A DNA stretch of 64,000 nucleotides from Hormiphora californensis (GCA_020137815.1 CM035357.1:5394001-5458000); one strand, 5' to 3'. Positions 1 to 14,098 are shown, numbered from the stretch's first letter. Numbers and translations: made by a program. Notes: generated by a model from the sequence alone, not told the origin.

Positions 1-3000
1 CAGCCACCAGCTGCTCAGAGTGACGTCACAGAGGATTTGAATGATGTCACACCTGCTCAGAGTGACGTCACAGCTGCTCAGATTGACGTCACACCTGCTC
101 AGATTGATGTCCCAGCTGCTCAGATTGACGTCACACCTGCTCAGATTGATGTCCCAGCTGCTCAGATTGACGTCACATCTGCTCAGAGTCACGTCACACC
201 TGCTCAGAGTCACGTCAAGAAGGAGGAAGTAGAAGAGAGGAAGTTTGATGCTCCTGTTGATTTTGCTTCCATGCTAAGTGCATCACCCAGGAGTGAGGAG
301 GTTTCTGAGGAAGTACAAGATGAGAAGGAAGAGGAGGTAAACTTTGATGATTTGTTAGATGATATTCTGGAAGTATATGACAATCAGGGAGAAGATCAGC
401 AGATGAATGAAGAAGAGACGAAAGAGGACGAAGAAGTGGAAGCTGGTAGATCCGAGAAAGAAGAAGGAGAGGTATCTGCAAATGATTCCGAAGAAGAAGA
501 AGGAGAATTGTCTGGTACAGAAAATGAGGCTACACCAGTAAGAGAGGTTATCCCCGACTCGCCAGTGAGAGAGGTTGTCCCCGACTCGCCCGTGAGAGAG
601 GTTATCCCCGACTCTCCCGTGAGAGAGGTTGTCCCTGACTCTCCACCCTCCTCAGCAGATCATCAGTCCCCAACAACGTCCCAGGAACAGCAAAGCACCG
701 AGTTCTCGCCTGTATCACGGGCAGAACAGACAACTGAGTCATCTTCCCAGTCAACTGAGTCATCTTCCCAACCCACTGATCTCTCCCCAGTATCCTCTTC
801 TCAATTCAGTGAACCCTCCTCGGACGACCTTCCACCGATCAAGAATTCCGGGCTGAAAACACCGGATCTTCAGAGGGAGGTTGCATCCGCGGCTGGATCA
901 GAGACATCGCGATCAGATGATACCACACACTCGGATTACTGTGAAGTATTACCGGATCAGAGTGGTATATCACCCATCTCGAGCAGTCATTCCGGAGGTG
1001 TTCTTGGTGAGTTGAGTGTGATGAATTTTAATTTATTTTAACAAACTGCAAAGTTTTAGGCCTTGCTCGGCCCTCTCTCGCCGCACCCCGAGAACATATA
1101 ACGTGTTACGTGTCCTAATCATCCTCTCCCGCCCCCAGTTGAAAAGCCAAGCGAAGAATCACTTGTTGTGCCAGTAGAGGAGCCATTAGAAGTGTCACTG
1201 GAAGGAACTCAGGAGTCTAGCGAACACCAAGAGGAAGAGGAAGAAGAAGAAGAAGAAGAGGAGGAGGAAGATGTTTATACTACCCTGTTCCAAAGCCGGC
1301 AGAGGAAGATGGTTAGCGTGGGACAAACAGGTACAAAACATGTCTATCTCAAAAAGAATAATATAACTTAAACTTATTTAGCTACCGAAACTTGAGTTAC
1401 TCGACCCTACTTCCCCGTGCCCCGCCCGGGAAACAAATGTAAAGGAGGGTTACAATTACAACATAACAAACTGAAACCAGCCCTCAATTATTCTCCTCAC
1501 TCAGATTCTGGTTACCTGAACATCAACACAGCCCAACCTGGTATGGTGCTAGTATATGGAACAGACGTGCCAACTCGGACCTCCTTCCTCCGACGTGCCG
1601 TTATGGCGTGGAGGTCATGTGATCTACCCGTGCTGGTGATCAGCCCCAGTTTGGAACCCTTCACTGGGATCGATGAGGGTGTCCAGTTGTACCACTTCAA
1701 AAACCTGACAGGTAGGATCTTAGGACACAGTGTTTACAATCTTGTTGGACCATCTCTGCAGTATGTGTCCTGTAATGTAGGATGTATGACTCCTGTTTAA
1801 CTCTAAGGACAGGGTTGTAGTACTGTTCAGACCACACACAGCGTGGACAGTCAAACTGGAGTAATCAGTATCCCGGGTCGATTCTATGTTCCCACACGGT
1901 GCACCAGAAGGATCGTCAACCCAAAGTTGAGCCCGCAAAACAAACTTTTGTTGGGGGTGACCCAGGAGGCCTTCCTGAACATCCCCGCGGTGAGAAAAGT
2001 ATATGTTATCGGGGAAAATTTTTGTCAAAATCGAAAAAACTGGTTTTTGGTCAAAATTTGTGCATAACTTACTTGACTGCCGTTTGATGAAATATCTGAT
2101 TGACATAAAATAAGTATACAAGACCTATTTTTGCACGAGGAATCGATTGCCGGTGGAGAGAAATCTCTAAAATGACCGGAAAATTGTCAAATATGGGAAT
2201 TTTGTCATTTTTTTGAGGTTTTTGGCCCTTTAACCATTAAAAACGTTGAGATAGGAAGTTGGCAATAGCGCCAATCGTTTAAATGGTCATTTTTCTACGG
2301 GATCCCAAAATTTCATGTATATCCGATTCATGGTTAGATTTTGGCAAACTATTGAGATGTGCTTACTGAAAAACGGTTAACTTGATTTTCTCGTTTTTTG
2401 CGATTTTTTAACTTTTGAAAGAAGGTCCAAAAACTTCCAAAAAATGACATTTCGACCGCTTTCCAATCATTTAAGAGGATCCACTCCACCGGCAATCGAT
2501 TCTACGTGCAAAAAATAGGTAGGGTACCGGTTGTTGATGGAAATTGACAAGAAAAATGTGTATTTTTGTTTTCATGGTAAAAATTGGCCTTTTTTGCCTA
2601 TTTCAACTTTCTATAAATCAATGATCTGTCATTGGATTTTCATGAAATCTTGGATTTTGGTCGAAAATTGTCCCATAAACAACTTTAGCATGGCCCTGAT
2701 TGGCCATTTCAATCAGAATTCTTTCAAAAGTTAAAAAATCGCAAAAAACGAGAAAATCAAGTTATCCGTTTTTCAGTAAGCACATCTCAATAGTTTGCCA
2801 AAATCTAACCATGAATCGGATATACATGAAATTTTGGGATCCCGTAGAAAAAATGACCATTTAAACGATTGGCGCTATTGCCAACTTCCTATCTCAACGT
2901 TTTTAATGGTTAAAGGGCCAAAAACCTCAAAAAAATGACAAAATTCCCATATTTGACAATTTTCCGGTCATTTTAGAGATTTCTCTCCACCGGCAATCGA

Positions 3001-4131
3001 TTCCTCGTGCAAAAATAGGTCTTGTATACTTATTTTATGTCAATCAGATATTTCATCAAACGGCAGTCAAGTAAGTTATGCACAAATTTTGACCAAAAAC
3101 CAGTTTTTTCGATTTTGACAAAAATTTTCCCCGATAACATATACTTTTCTCACCGCGGGGATGTTCAGGAAGGCCTCCTGGGTCACCCCCAACAAAAGTT
3201 TGTTTTGCGGGCTCAACTTTGGGTTGACGATCCTTCTGGTGCACCGTGCCCATATATGTATAACAATTATTACCCCCCCCCCCCATTGCAGGAAGCACTG
3301 ACAGCGAGATGGTTGGAGTCTCCGAAGAGTTCCTGATGTCCAACCAGGCCTTGAAGCTACTAGTTGTAAACACGACGGGTAAAGCCATGGACACGGGGAA
3401 TTTTATCAGTATCCTCTCACAGCAGTATGATGAACATAATGTGGTGATCCTGACCATTGCACCTCCTGAAGAGGTAATAATGATAGGATTGTGTTTTGGA
3501 AAGAATTGAAGAAATGTGAGGCCTGACCTCTATCATCACATGCGAGAAAGTTGCCTAGCTCGACCCCCTTTTCGCGATATCAGGGTCTCAATCTGTAACA
3601 CAATAACGAGAAAGGGGGTCAGCAGTCTGCAAGATGCCTGACAAGAATAACTGAGGGCGGATATTTTTGGAAAGAATTGAGGAGATAAAGTTGGATGTGT
3701 TTTTTGTTCCATTCTCCACTAATAACAACATTTTCAGCCGGAGTGTTTGACTGGTCTGGTAGCCACCTGGAGACGAGTTAAGAAAGACAAAGTTATTGAC
3801 GGGATTGCAGAAACATTCCAGTTGTCCTCTGAAGGTAATGTCAACTTCATTAAGTCAGAACCCGCCTAATTTTGTAATCATAGCCCCAATTTCACTCCAG
3901 TTGGGTGGGTGGATGTGTTGTTATAACACAGAAGACGATCCTTAATGAATAACCCCAATTTATTGTGCTAACCATGCTGCTAACCCCGATTAGTTCTGAC
4001 CGTTTCTTTCCCCAGTTGTTCAACAGTTAGCCACTGCCAAACGAGGTTCTCTGTGTGGGGTTGCTTTGGATGAAGAGGAGGAAGAATCTATTGCCCCGGT
4101 TAACTTCACCCCTCTAAACGATAACAAGTGA
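1..4131 (+). CDS. 3' part of a multi-exon gene for an uncharacterised acidic, Ser-rich, repeat-containing protein (5' end outside window)
   Basis: Open frame from 1 to ~1006 (Glu/Ser-rich, with AQIDVTP and PVREVIPDS repeats) ending at a gtgagt donor. Later phase-compatible exons at 3292-3473, 3738-3834 and 4016-4131 (stop TGA). Exons between ~1060 and 1870 are only partly resolved. No family recognised. Confidence 0.6.
10..216 (+). repeat. Coding 21-bp tandem repeat (PAQIDVT-like heptad); a second 27-bp coding repeat (PVREVIPDS x4) lies at ~535-645
   Basis: Repeated cctgctcagattgacgtcaca units, read directly. Confidence 0.9.
1895..3248. mobile_element. Non-autonomous foldback DNA transposon, Chapaev-like (CAC...GTG termini, 4-bp TSD), intronic
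   Basis: Starts CACGGTGCACCAGAAGG and ends CCTTCTGGTGCACCGTG. Arms of ~530 bp are near-perfect inverted copies. CCCA is duplicated at 1891-1894 and 3249-3252. Confidence 0.85.
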
Positions 4132-5591
4132 ATGGAACTCATTCAAGAATATGAAATCTCTATTTGTAATGGAAGACAGTTCCGGAATCGGAGGGATCTT
4201 GTCTATCACCGACATGTAGTGGAACTCTTTTTTAATATAAGTTATTGGTTCAAAATGTAATTGTAACGCACATATATAAGGACTATTTTCTCAATCAATG
4301 GGACGCCTTTGTAACACAAGGGCCGGGCCGGGTGTTTTTTATTATTCCTAATTAATTCGTTTCTATAAAATTGATTGTTTTTTATTGTCAATGAAGAAAG
4401 AGGCAGACTACAGACTACATTGGGTAGTCTACTGAGCTAAATGCAAATAATATGGTGTCATTAAGCCGGTGTTGATGTGTGATTATTTGCCGGTCGGAGG
4501 TCGGACTGCCACTACAATTTACTGAGACTGCCGCGCACAACGAGTGCTGACATCCAATTAAGATGTGCTTTATTTACAGGCTCTCTTGCGCGCGTGACAG
4601 GACAAGATCTCCCGGCCCGTTTGAATATTCTGGAGTTCCTTCCCATCACCTCACATACATGTTGCGTGACCAGCTGGAGGACGGATTAAATTTACACTCC
4701 ACCAAGAGAGTATGGTTGCATCTTTTATGCGAGTTATTATGTGATTGGAAACCCAGAATAACCCCACGAAAAATGGGATAATGAAGTTTCAGACCAATGA
4801 CATCGGAAGTTTTTTTCTGCACTTTCAAAGATGGGTGCCCCATTTCTCAGCCACCTTTTATTAGGCCACGTAGCGTCTTTATCTAATAAACTACCGTCCT
4901 TTATCTAGTGACAATAAACTTTTTGCGAGCCCTCTCTCCCCCTTTACAAAGGGGTCACGACCCACCCTTGTTTTTGCAGTACGCATTATCAGCTATTCAA
5001 TGACCGGTACAATGAGTCATTGTTCAGGGTGGAAGAAGGGGGGGGGGAGGATAATAGCGAATGACAAGAGGGACAAGAAAAGGGGCTAGTTTTGCAAGGT
5101 TTCCAAACAATGTTCAGATAGAGAGAGGGCGGAACAAGGCAAATACTGCCCAGCCGCCAGCAAGCCCTGGTTATCACACCGTGGGGGGTGTTTAAAAGTT
5201 TTACCAAAGTTTGTAGAGTTCTTATCAACATAACCCACGTCACAGGTTTACGTGTCCAACTCCGTATTACAGCCCATGTAGCACGATACTGTTGCACCGC
5301 ACTCCGGATTTCCTGATATCACATTGTCGAGAAAGAAAAACACAGCGAGTTGTGGGGTGATACAAGAGGAATGTGGGGGACAAAAAATAACTTACACACA
5401 CCACACGCAGAGAGAGAAACTGTGAAGAATGAAAACATGCATGAAACATATCGACTAAAAAATGTCTTTCTCAAACTAAAAGTTGGGATATTTTAAAACG
5501 CGATCATTCAACGATCAAACTTTTCAACACATAAGACCGCGGGCACCAGAGTCCTGGTTTATATGCCCTAATTTGGTCATCTTCTCACTCC

Positions 5592-8500
5592 TTATCCGGT
5601 CATCTCCCTGACAGCATCAGCCACTTTGTTGGCAGAAATTCCGAACATATCCAACAGGACAGCAGGAGGTCCGGAGCGGGGGATGTCTCGGACGGCCAGC
5701 ATCTTTTGGTTGGTAATGAAGTCAGCAGAGGAGAGAGCTCCAGCAACAGCCTCACCAAGACCACCTGATCAAAATAAAATGTGGTTAGAGGAGATACTAT
5801 AACTTGGCCGGATAACCATCCCAATTGAATGAACATATTCCGATTCCTGACGAACGTGACTGGTTATCAGCCAATCAGGGACCAGTATTTCCTGATTCGG
5901 TCGGTTCCTGTCAACAACTCACCCTGTGGGTAATGATCCTCAACAGTAATCACTCTTCCACCACACTCTCTAGCATTCCTCACTACAGCCTCACAGTCAA
6001 GTGGTTTCACGGTGAAGGGGTCCATGACACGGATATTAGTACCCTCCCCAGCTAGCGTGGCATAGGCTCCCATGGCAGATTCCAGGGTGATTCCACAACC
6101 AATCACAAGGACCTTGTCCGTGGGACTTGATTTCACAATCTGATATGGGGGAGAGAGTTGTTTAATTGGGACTGGATTTCACAATCTGAAGATGAGGGAG
6201 ATAGTTGTGAAAGTTATAAAACAAACAAATTGGAAACTGGTGGCTACTGGCTAGTTGAAGTCCGATAGTTCCTCAATGTAACAATGGTAACCATGACATT
6301 GGTAACAAATAACTTTGGTAACGAAATTATTCCTCAACGCGAGCGTAATAGGGGTGACTTCGTAACCAACAAATAACTCTACCAAACTACACCCTCACCT
6401 TGGCCTTTCCAATCTCGAACTGCTCATCCGCTCCATAGATAACAGTGGTCTCGGGTCGAGATGTTCGGATAAAGGTCATGCAGGGGTAGTTGGCAGCAAG
6501 TTCAACCGCCCGGACAGTAGAGACGGCGTCAGAGGGGTAGAAGTACACCAGGTTAGGGATCGCCCTGGGATGGGGGTGTTAAAAACATGAAAACATCAAA
6601 AATCAGCAGGAATTTTATGAATAATTCACATTTTTTGCATGTTCATTTGAACACCGAATGATCATCATTTCCCAAATCTTTCAAATCAGCTCACCTAAAA
6701 GCGGCAATATCCTCAAGAGCCATCTGGCTAGGTCCATCCTCTCCAATGCTAACACCACAGTGACTACCGGCCATGTTCAGGTGACTCTGACTGACTGCTG
6801 CCATTCTGATCTGGTCCATGGCACGGGTGAAGAAGGTGGCAAAGGTGCTGCAGAAGGGGATGGTTCGGCGTCGGGCACCACAACCAAGAGCAACGCCCAC
6901 CATGTTCTGCTCGGCAATGAAACACTCGATAAACCGGTCAGGGAACCTGTGGAGAGAGAGTGGGTGTTAGTAACTTGTTAGTAACTTGTTGGTGGACGTT
7001 AGTAACTTGTTTAAACATCAAGCTAAGATTGTCTATACAATTGAGAAATGGGAGAAATTTTAAGTTCATCGCGTGGATTTGTTGAAAATACTACTTACAC
7101 ATCCTTGAATTTCAGAGCGAATGTAGAGTTTTTAGTGTCAGCATCCAGGACCACAACACGATCACATGCCTCTCCGAGTTTAACAAGAGCGTGTCCGTAG
7201 GCCAACCTTGTTGCCAGCTTGGTTCCTGGAGGGATGAGATTTAATAGGGTGCCGCGGGGGAGGGGGGTGTAAACTGTAACAACTGGCAAGTTGGGGCCAC
7301 CAGTATCCAGTACAAAAGGGAAGGGTGGCAAAGTAACCTAATTTTGGAAGGAACAAATTGGGTTACAACAGATACGGTTTGGCCAGAAGATACATTGTAT
7401 GTAGCAAACACATCATCCAACTACCCACTATACTTTAATAATTAGTGAGGAAAGGAACAAGTGTTATACTAATAATAATACGTGATACACATATAATTGT
7501 TATACACATAAATTATCTCAAAACCATGTTTTAAGAGATACACCCTTTTAACGTGAGGAAATAATGGTACCACTTACCAAGCTTGTAGTCGATATCACTC
7601 TTGATCTTGATGGGTAAATCCGCTACCTTGGGGGCGTCATCGACAATAGCAGGTCGGGGGACTGCCTCAGCTCCGTGCATTCGGCCCTTGATTTCAGACA
7701 GAATCCTCTCTGACTGGGCATTCAGTGCCTTTCCTGAGGGAAGAAAGATGGATAGTTGATAGTCTTCACCAATAAATAACTCGTGGACTTGAGGCTTTCT
7801 ATGTTAGTTGAGTTTTTGGGAGAATTATATAAACATTTTTCCCCAAAAGCGGGATGTTAATATGAATTCTGGAAATTAATAGGATTCGGAAAATGATTGA
7901 ATTATGCTGTCTGCAGGGTTTTGCAAAAAGACAATGGGCATTCATTATTCTTAGGTCTTGAGATATATCAAAGTAATGACCTATTTTCCCCATATATCTG
8001 ATATCTCAACAGATATATTATATATCTAAACCTCATTGTTCTCTTCATTATGAGATTTACCCATTATCCTCCTAATATCATCATTGAACTTGTCCAACAC
8101 AAAGATAAAGGAGGATAAGAGGAGTGGGAGCTATCATACCTATTTTTCTAAATGCACAAACTAACAGCATCAACAGATTGATGCTGTTAGTTTGAAGCTG
8201 TTTTGATTCAAAACTGTAAACTACATACCGTGGAAGTTGAGCTTGTCAGCAACCTCAGCGCCTCCCTGACCCTTGAATGTCCTGCAGATAAGAGCAGAGG
8301 GCTTGTTCTTTACTGATTTTGCCTCCTCAAAAGCCTTCAGGATTTCTTCTACAGAGTGGCCGTCAACAACCATCGCGTGGAATCTGGAAAGTAAGTGTGA
8401 ATTGGACTTGTGATCAGTCTAAATCTCGCTCTTTTGGAGAAGTTTTCTCAAGAATTAGACAACTCCTATCACACAGTTTTAGTGGATACAGAAATGAAAA

Positions 8501-9776
8501 TCACTCACCCAAAAGCCTCAACACGAGCTCGGTAAACATCCATATTATGTTGGAGGGGTGCTGCCTCACTCTGTCCCAGTCGGTTGATATCAAAGATCGC
8601 AACCAGGTTATCCAACTGGTAGTGAGATGCAAAGGAGAGGGCCTCCCAGATACTTCCCTCGGCGCTCTCTCCGTCTCCAATCATACAGTAGGTTCGGTAG
8701 CTGAGGGTGGGGAATGGATGAGAATAGAGTGACATTGAGTATTAGAGAGCTAGTAATATAGTAATATCTAGGGGAATGGGTGTGCGTATAATAGGAGAAT
8801 GGGTGTGAGTAAAACCAGGTGTTAGCCGTTAGGTGAGTTAGGGGAATGGGGTAATCTCATAGTTTATGCAGACACATAAATATGTGGCGAGTGGTGATAT
8901 GTGTAAAATGAGTAATTAGCTGCAGAAGATGGAAGGCTGGATGTGGAGTCTGAATGTCGCATAATGCGGAAAAGTGTCATATTATCCCATATGCCACGCA
9001 TCCGATACACTTATCTCTCTGCAAATCTATAATCTCTCTTCACAGTGGAGTCTACACAGTGAGATTTAAATACTACCAGACATTTATGCATCCCTCCCAG
9101 CTAACTGAGAGACTGAGCAGTGATATGCAATGTGTCTTCGCATGTGTTTCTAGCAAAATGAACATGTGATGACTGGCCAAGGAAAATTAACGTACTCTAA
9201 TATAAGGTACCCTACCTAGCCCTCTCGATATCAGCCTTACCTAGCCTTCTCGATGTATTTCCCGATGTAAGCCATGCCCGCAGCAACGCTCAGTCCCTGT
9301 CCGAGAGAGCCGGTAGCAGCATCGATGAAGTTCAACCTTGGGGTTGGGTGTCCCTCAAGATCACTATCGATCTTCCTCAGAGTCATGAGTTTCTCTTTAT
9401 CAAACAGCCCAGCTGCACACCAAGCTGAGTAGAGTCCGGGGGCAGCGTGTCCCTTGGACAGGATAAATCGATCAGATGAGGGGTGTCGGGGCTCTTCGTT
9501 TGTGTATCGCATTTCGTTGAAGAATAGGACAGACAGTACATCAGCAGCAGACATGCATGATGTGGGATGCCTGCAAGAAATGTTTAATTAAAAGCTTGAT
9601 TACAAGTTGTAGGTTTGAATTCTTTCAAATTCTTCCATTTTCAAGCTAAATACTCGGTTGGTCCCAAAATCTTACCCGGATTTGCTGGCATTTGTGCACT
9701 CGATTGAGAGACATCGAATTTCGTTGGCCTTGTCCTCAAGGAACTGGACAAGAGCGGTACTGGGTTTGTGAGACAT
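5592..9776 (-). CDS. TKT: Transketolase (animal type), multi-exon
   Basis: Exon translations include [47 protein letters not shown], the TPP motif [49 protein letters not shown] and the end ...VREMTG*. ATG at 9776, exon 1 9676-9776, exon 2 9241-9570, stop 5592-5594. Confidence 0.97.
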
Positions 9777-10737
9777 GGCGGAGGAAAACCTAAAGACTGA
9801 AAAGGTAATTATTACAAATCAAGTCAGATCACGGGATTGACCCTAAAACCTCTGACACGCCAGAGTCCAGACCCAACCCCAGGTCCAGAACTCAGCGTTT
9901 TTAGGGCAGTGGCGAAGCTAGGCTGTGTCCAGGACACGATTTTAGTTGCAAGAAAAGGGGAGAGATAAGTAGGAAGGAACAAGTGGGTGGGTGACCCCCA
10001 CGGACCGTCGCGTTGCAAAAAACTAAAGAAAATTTTGGCAAACGTTGCTGGCCCCCGATAGGGGCCAGTAGTCTATCCCGCGCACCCTTTCCGAAAACCG
10101 CTTGTCAGAGCCCATTACTGACGGCGCGCGCAGGATTCATTTCACCATTAGACCTATCCCGCGCGCTACACAAAGCATGTTCGTGAACTGAGACAGAGTC
10201 CCATTTTGTGACAATTACATAATTAGGCGAGCGATCCCTAAACCTTGTATCTTTGACCTTGAATCAAAGACGAGGGGCGGTTTGAATCCCCCACCATGCC
10301 GGAAATAAATTGATACAAATTGTTTTTAGTGGTCAATACAACAAAGCAACAAAATAACACATGAGATGTAATTTGTAAATAATATTTTATCCTGACTGTC
10401 AGCAATTGGGAAGTGGCATAATCAACCCCTACTCCTTTCTTTAGCCCACAGAGATTTATAAAATATCACCGGGATATCACAAATATCACCAAAGATAGTC
10501 TATCATATCAGCAGTATCAACACTATTGTTCATCTATTTATTTGACGACAACCCGATGTATACCGCAACGAATGCGGCATTTAACTGCAATCTGTCCCAG
10601 GTTCGGATCGTAACCAATCATTAAACTGGGACCAGGGACCTGAGAGGTGGAGAGAGATGAGATCACAAAATACCCTAGCTACTGTCATGGTATCCAGATT
10701 ACAGTGACAAACAGAACACTCGGCAGAGAATATGGGG

Positions 10738-11485
10738 CGAGGTTTGGGAGATAAGACAGGGTGCTGGTGGGGTTCGGGAGAGAATACAGGGTGGGGTTCG
10801 GGAGAGAAGACAGGGTGAGGTTTGGGAGAAGACAGGGTGAGGTTTGGGAGAGAAGACAGGGTGAGGTTTGGGAGAGAAGACAGGGTGAGGTTTGGGAGAG
10901 AAGACGTAGTGACGTTTGGGAGAGAAGACAGGGTGATGTTTGGGAGAGAAGACAGGGTGAGGTTTGGGAGAGAAGACAGGGTGAGGTTTGGGAGAGAAGA
11001 CATGGTGAGGTTTGAGAGAGAAGACAGGGTGAGGTTTGGAAGATAAGACATGACGAGGTTTTTGAAAGAAGACATGGTGAGGTTTGGGAGAGAAGACAGG
11101 GTGATGTTTGGGAGAGAAGACGTAGTGACGTTTGGGAAAGAAGACAGGGTGACTTTGGGAGAGAAGACAGGGTGATGTTTGGGAGAGAAAACAGGGTGAC
11201 GTTTGGGAGAGAAGACAGGGTGAGGTTTGGGAGAGAAGACATGGTGAGGTTTGGGAGAGAAAACAGGGTGAGGTTTGGAAGAGATGACAGGGTGAGGTTT
11301 GATACTTTGGAGATAAGACAGGACGAGGTTTTTGAAAGAAGAGGTTTGATACTTTGGAGATAAGACATGACGAGGTTTTTGAAAGAAGACATGGTGAGGT
11401 TTGGGAGAGAAGACAGGGTGATGTTTGGGAGAGATGACAGGGTGAGGTTTGATACTTTGGAGATAAGACATGAGGTTCGGGAGAT
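10738..11485. repeat. 24-bp minisatellite (gggtgaggtttgggagagaagaca)n
   Basis: About 30 imperfect tandem copies; explains the spurious repetitive ORFs here. Confidence 0.95.
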
Positions 11486-12046
11486 GTCTTAGATTATAAC
11501 TAGATTTAAAGGATGTTATGAAGAAATGAAGAAGGAGAGGATTGAATGAGATGGATGGGAAGATGAAGGAGATAAATGTAAATGAAAATTGTGAACATGT
11601 ACCATACTGCGGGCTACCAAACTAAGTAACTAACCCCAAGGAAACGAACTCAACACTACCTCTTCTTCGCCTTCTTCTTAGCAGGTTGGTGACGCAGTCA
11701 CCCTACAACTCGCTTGCGTAGCGTGCCAAAACGAAGCCCGCAAAGCGGGCTGAGTTGTAAGTCTCTAGAGAGGTGACGGCGCCACCAACTTAGCAGGGAC
11801 CTCGCACTCTCGCAGTGGAAATTTATCTGCTAGTACTCGCCGCAAGAACATGTCTCGTAGCCACTTTTACTTCTTTGTAACCGACAGAAGAGAGGAAGAT
11901 GGAGAAGGGGATGAAGGTGCAGAGGAAGATTTAAAAGGGGAGGATGAAGGGGTAGGGAATGAAGGGGCAGAGGACGATAAAGGGGAGATTAAGCGGGAGA
12001 TGGAGGGGGAGACAGAGAATTAAAGAGAAACAACGATTTTGCAGTA

Positions 12047-12218
12047 CAGTCGGACCCCGATTTAACGGCACCCTCGGGGGAAAGGGTTTTGTCCGTTAAA
12101 TCGGGGTGTCCGCTAAATCGGGGTCAAATACTGTTAATTTCCTATATCGGGGGAAGATTATCCTGCCGTTAAATCGGGGTGCCGTTAAATCGGGTGCCGT
12201 TAAATCGGGGTCCGACTG
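12047..12218. mobile_element. Tc1/mariner-type MITE
   Basis: TIR CAGTCGGACCCCGATTTAACGGCACCC, TA on both flanks, internal ccgttaaatcgggg repeats. Confidence 0.85.
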
Positions 12219-12443
12219 TACTAATATTCAATTAAGAACAGGAGCTTTCGACTGATCTATGTCAGACGTCTTCAGCTATAACAACAATGAAAATGAAAGT
12301 GTTTATGTAGTGGAGAAGGGGATATGGGATCCGGGGAGGGGAGAGGAAGGGATGAGATCCGAGAAGGAAGATGCGATCCGAGAGGAGGGGATAGGGGAGG
12401 TGATCCACGGGAAGGGAGAAGAGGTGATCCGAGCTGAAGAGAA

Positions 12444-12730
12444 TTAGGAAACAGGTTTGGGGGATCTAGGTTTGATGGAGATGCCAGCAGGTCGGGGTTT
12501 GAAGGAGTTGGCAATCCTGGGGAGAAGGTGAGTCCATTGAAGGTTGACAGTAGGAACTTTATCTGTTCGGTTAATCGCCGGTTGAAGAGTGTGAGTAGCC
12601 GCTTGTTCCAGTAGATTTAGACTGAGGCAGGAGGAAGAAGAGGAGAGGATAGATGTAGAATTCCAGTCCATGGTGTGTCCAGATTCCCGAGCGTGGATAG
12701 CAGGAGCCGATTTCATCTTCCCATCGGTGT
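12444..12730 (-). mobile_element. Penelope-like retroelement fragment (C-terminal part of GIY-YIG endonuclease)
   Basis: Translation KSAPAIHARESGHTMDWNSTSIL...LLEQAATHTLQPAINRTD resembles the PLE pattern SAxAxHxxxxGHxxDW...PxLNRD. Confidence 0.6.
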
Positions 12731-13405
12731 TGTAGAGAGAGTTGTTGGAGACAGAGGTTGAGATAGAGGGGGAGATGGATGAGTACAGGACGGGCATGAA
12801 GCAGGACCGGAGGAATGAATAGAAGGAGGAAATGGCGAAGGAGAATGAAGGGAACAAATGAAGAAAGAGAGGTAGATGAGGGTGGGGTTAGATGAAGGGG
12901 TTGGCTCCATTGCAACCTATTCTCGCTCCTGAGATCGATCTCAGTCGGGTATCAATGTGGCCAAATGAAGGGGTGGATCATAGTGCATACACCACACAGT
13001 GAGTTTGGTTACGAAATAACCCCTTTAAACTTTAAAGGGGTTATTTCGTAACCATCGCAGATTATGAAATGAAATCCAGTCTGAGCTACACAAGGTTCAG
13101 AATCTGAACTTCAGATAGAGAAATCCCTCCACCTATGGTCCCCAGGGCTTCAGTATATGAAAGGAGTTGGTAATGAAATTACCCCTAACCCCTCCGCAAA
13201 AGCTCTTGGTTCCAAAAAGAGGAGAATGATGGAGGGGAGCTGGGGAGAGAAAGAGTGGAGAAAATGAAAGATTAGTTCGGGGGAGGATAAAGGGGGGGGG
13301 GTGAAGGAGGAGATATAGATGAATGGGGAGATAGATGGGAAGGATGAAGTGGTGGAATGAGAATAGAGGAAGTAGGAGAGGAGAACGAAGGGGGAAATGG
13401 AGGAG

Positions 13406-14098
13406 CCCAGTGCCCCGAATTTCAGAAATCTAAAAAAATATTTTTCTAAGCCTTCAACTAGGCTGCAAGATTCTATTCGCTAGGCTGCAAATTTTTGCTC
13501 GGTCTCGGCTGCTACGCAGCCTCGACCTCGCGACGTACATCAGCATCGTAGATGTTGGGCTAATAGAGAAAAAAGTATCATTTCGGGGCAAAATCATCGT
13601 GCAGCCCAGAATGGGAAAATTTCCTCAAAATTTCTGCAGCCGGGCTGCAAGAATCTCGACATTGAAATACATATGTATTTCACACTCTAATGAGGGGATG
13701 GATATGTGACACCATTCTGGGACACCCTGTTAGAGCATTGTCCTGACAGGGACGCCTAATTAGCAAAATCATCGTGCAGCCCAGAATGGAAAATTTCCTC
13801 GAAATTTTCTGCAGCCGGGCTGCAAGAATCTCGACGACACCGACATACATTATATGTATTTCATACTCTAATGAGGGGGATGGATATGTGACACCATTCT
13901 GGGACGCCTTATTAGCACTGTTAGCCAATACGGATATCAAACACATGTGATTGGGGAAGCTTATATTTCATATTTATATTTTCTGCAGCCCGGGCTGCAA
14001 TATCAGTCGAGGTTATTTTATTTAGGCTGCAAAAAATCAGTCAGGCTGCAAATATTTGCTCAAAAAATTACACGGGTTTGCAATATCGGGGCACTGGG
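13406..14098. mobile_element. Non-autonomous hAT-like DNA transposon
   Basis: TIR CCCAGTGCCCCGA / TCGGGGCACTGGG, with the 8-bp TSD TGGAGGAG at 13398-13405 and 14099-14106. Inserted into a purine-rich repeat; has an internal direct duplication. Confidence 0.8.

Noticed and set aside
1720-3457. Paired identical ORFs on opposite strands (MYTYFMSIRY...)
   Set aside because: Artefact of the foldback element's inverted arms
10581-11471. Long 296-aa and 235-aa ORFs
   Set aside because: Produced by a stop-free 24-bp minisatellite; no splice or domain evidence
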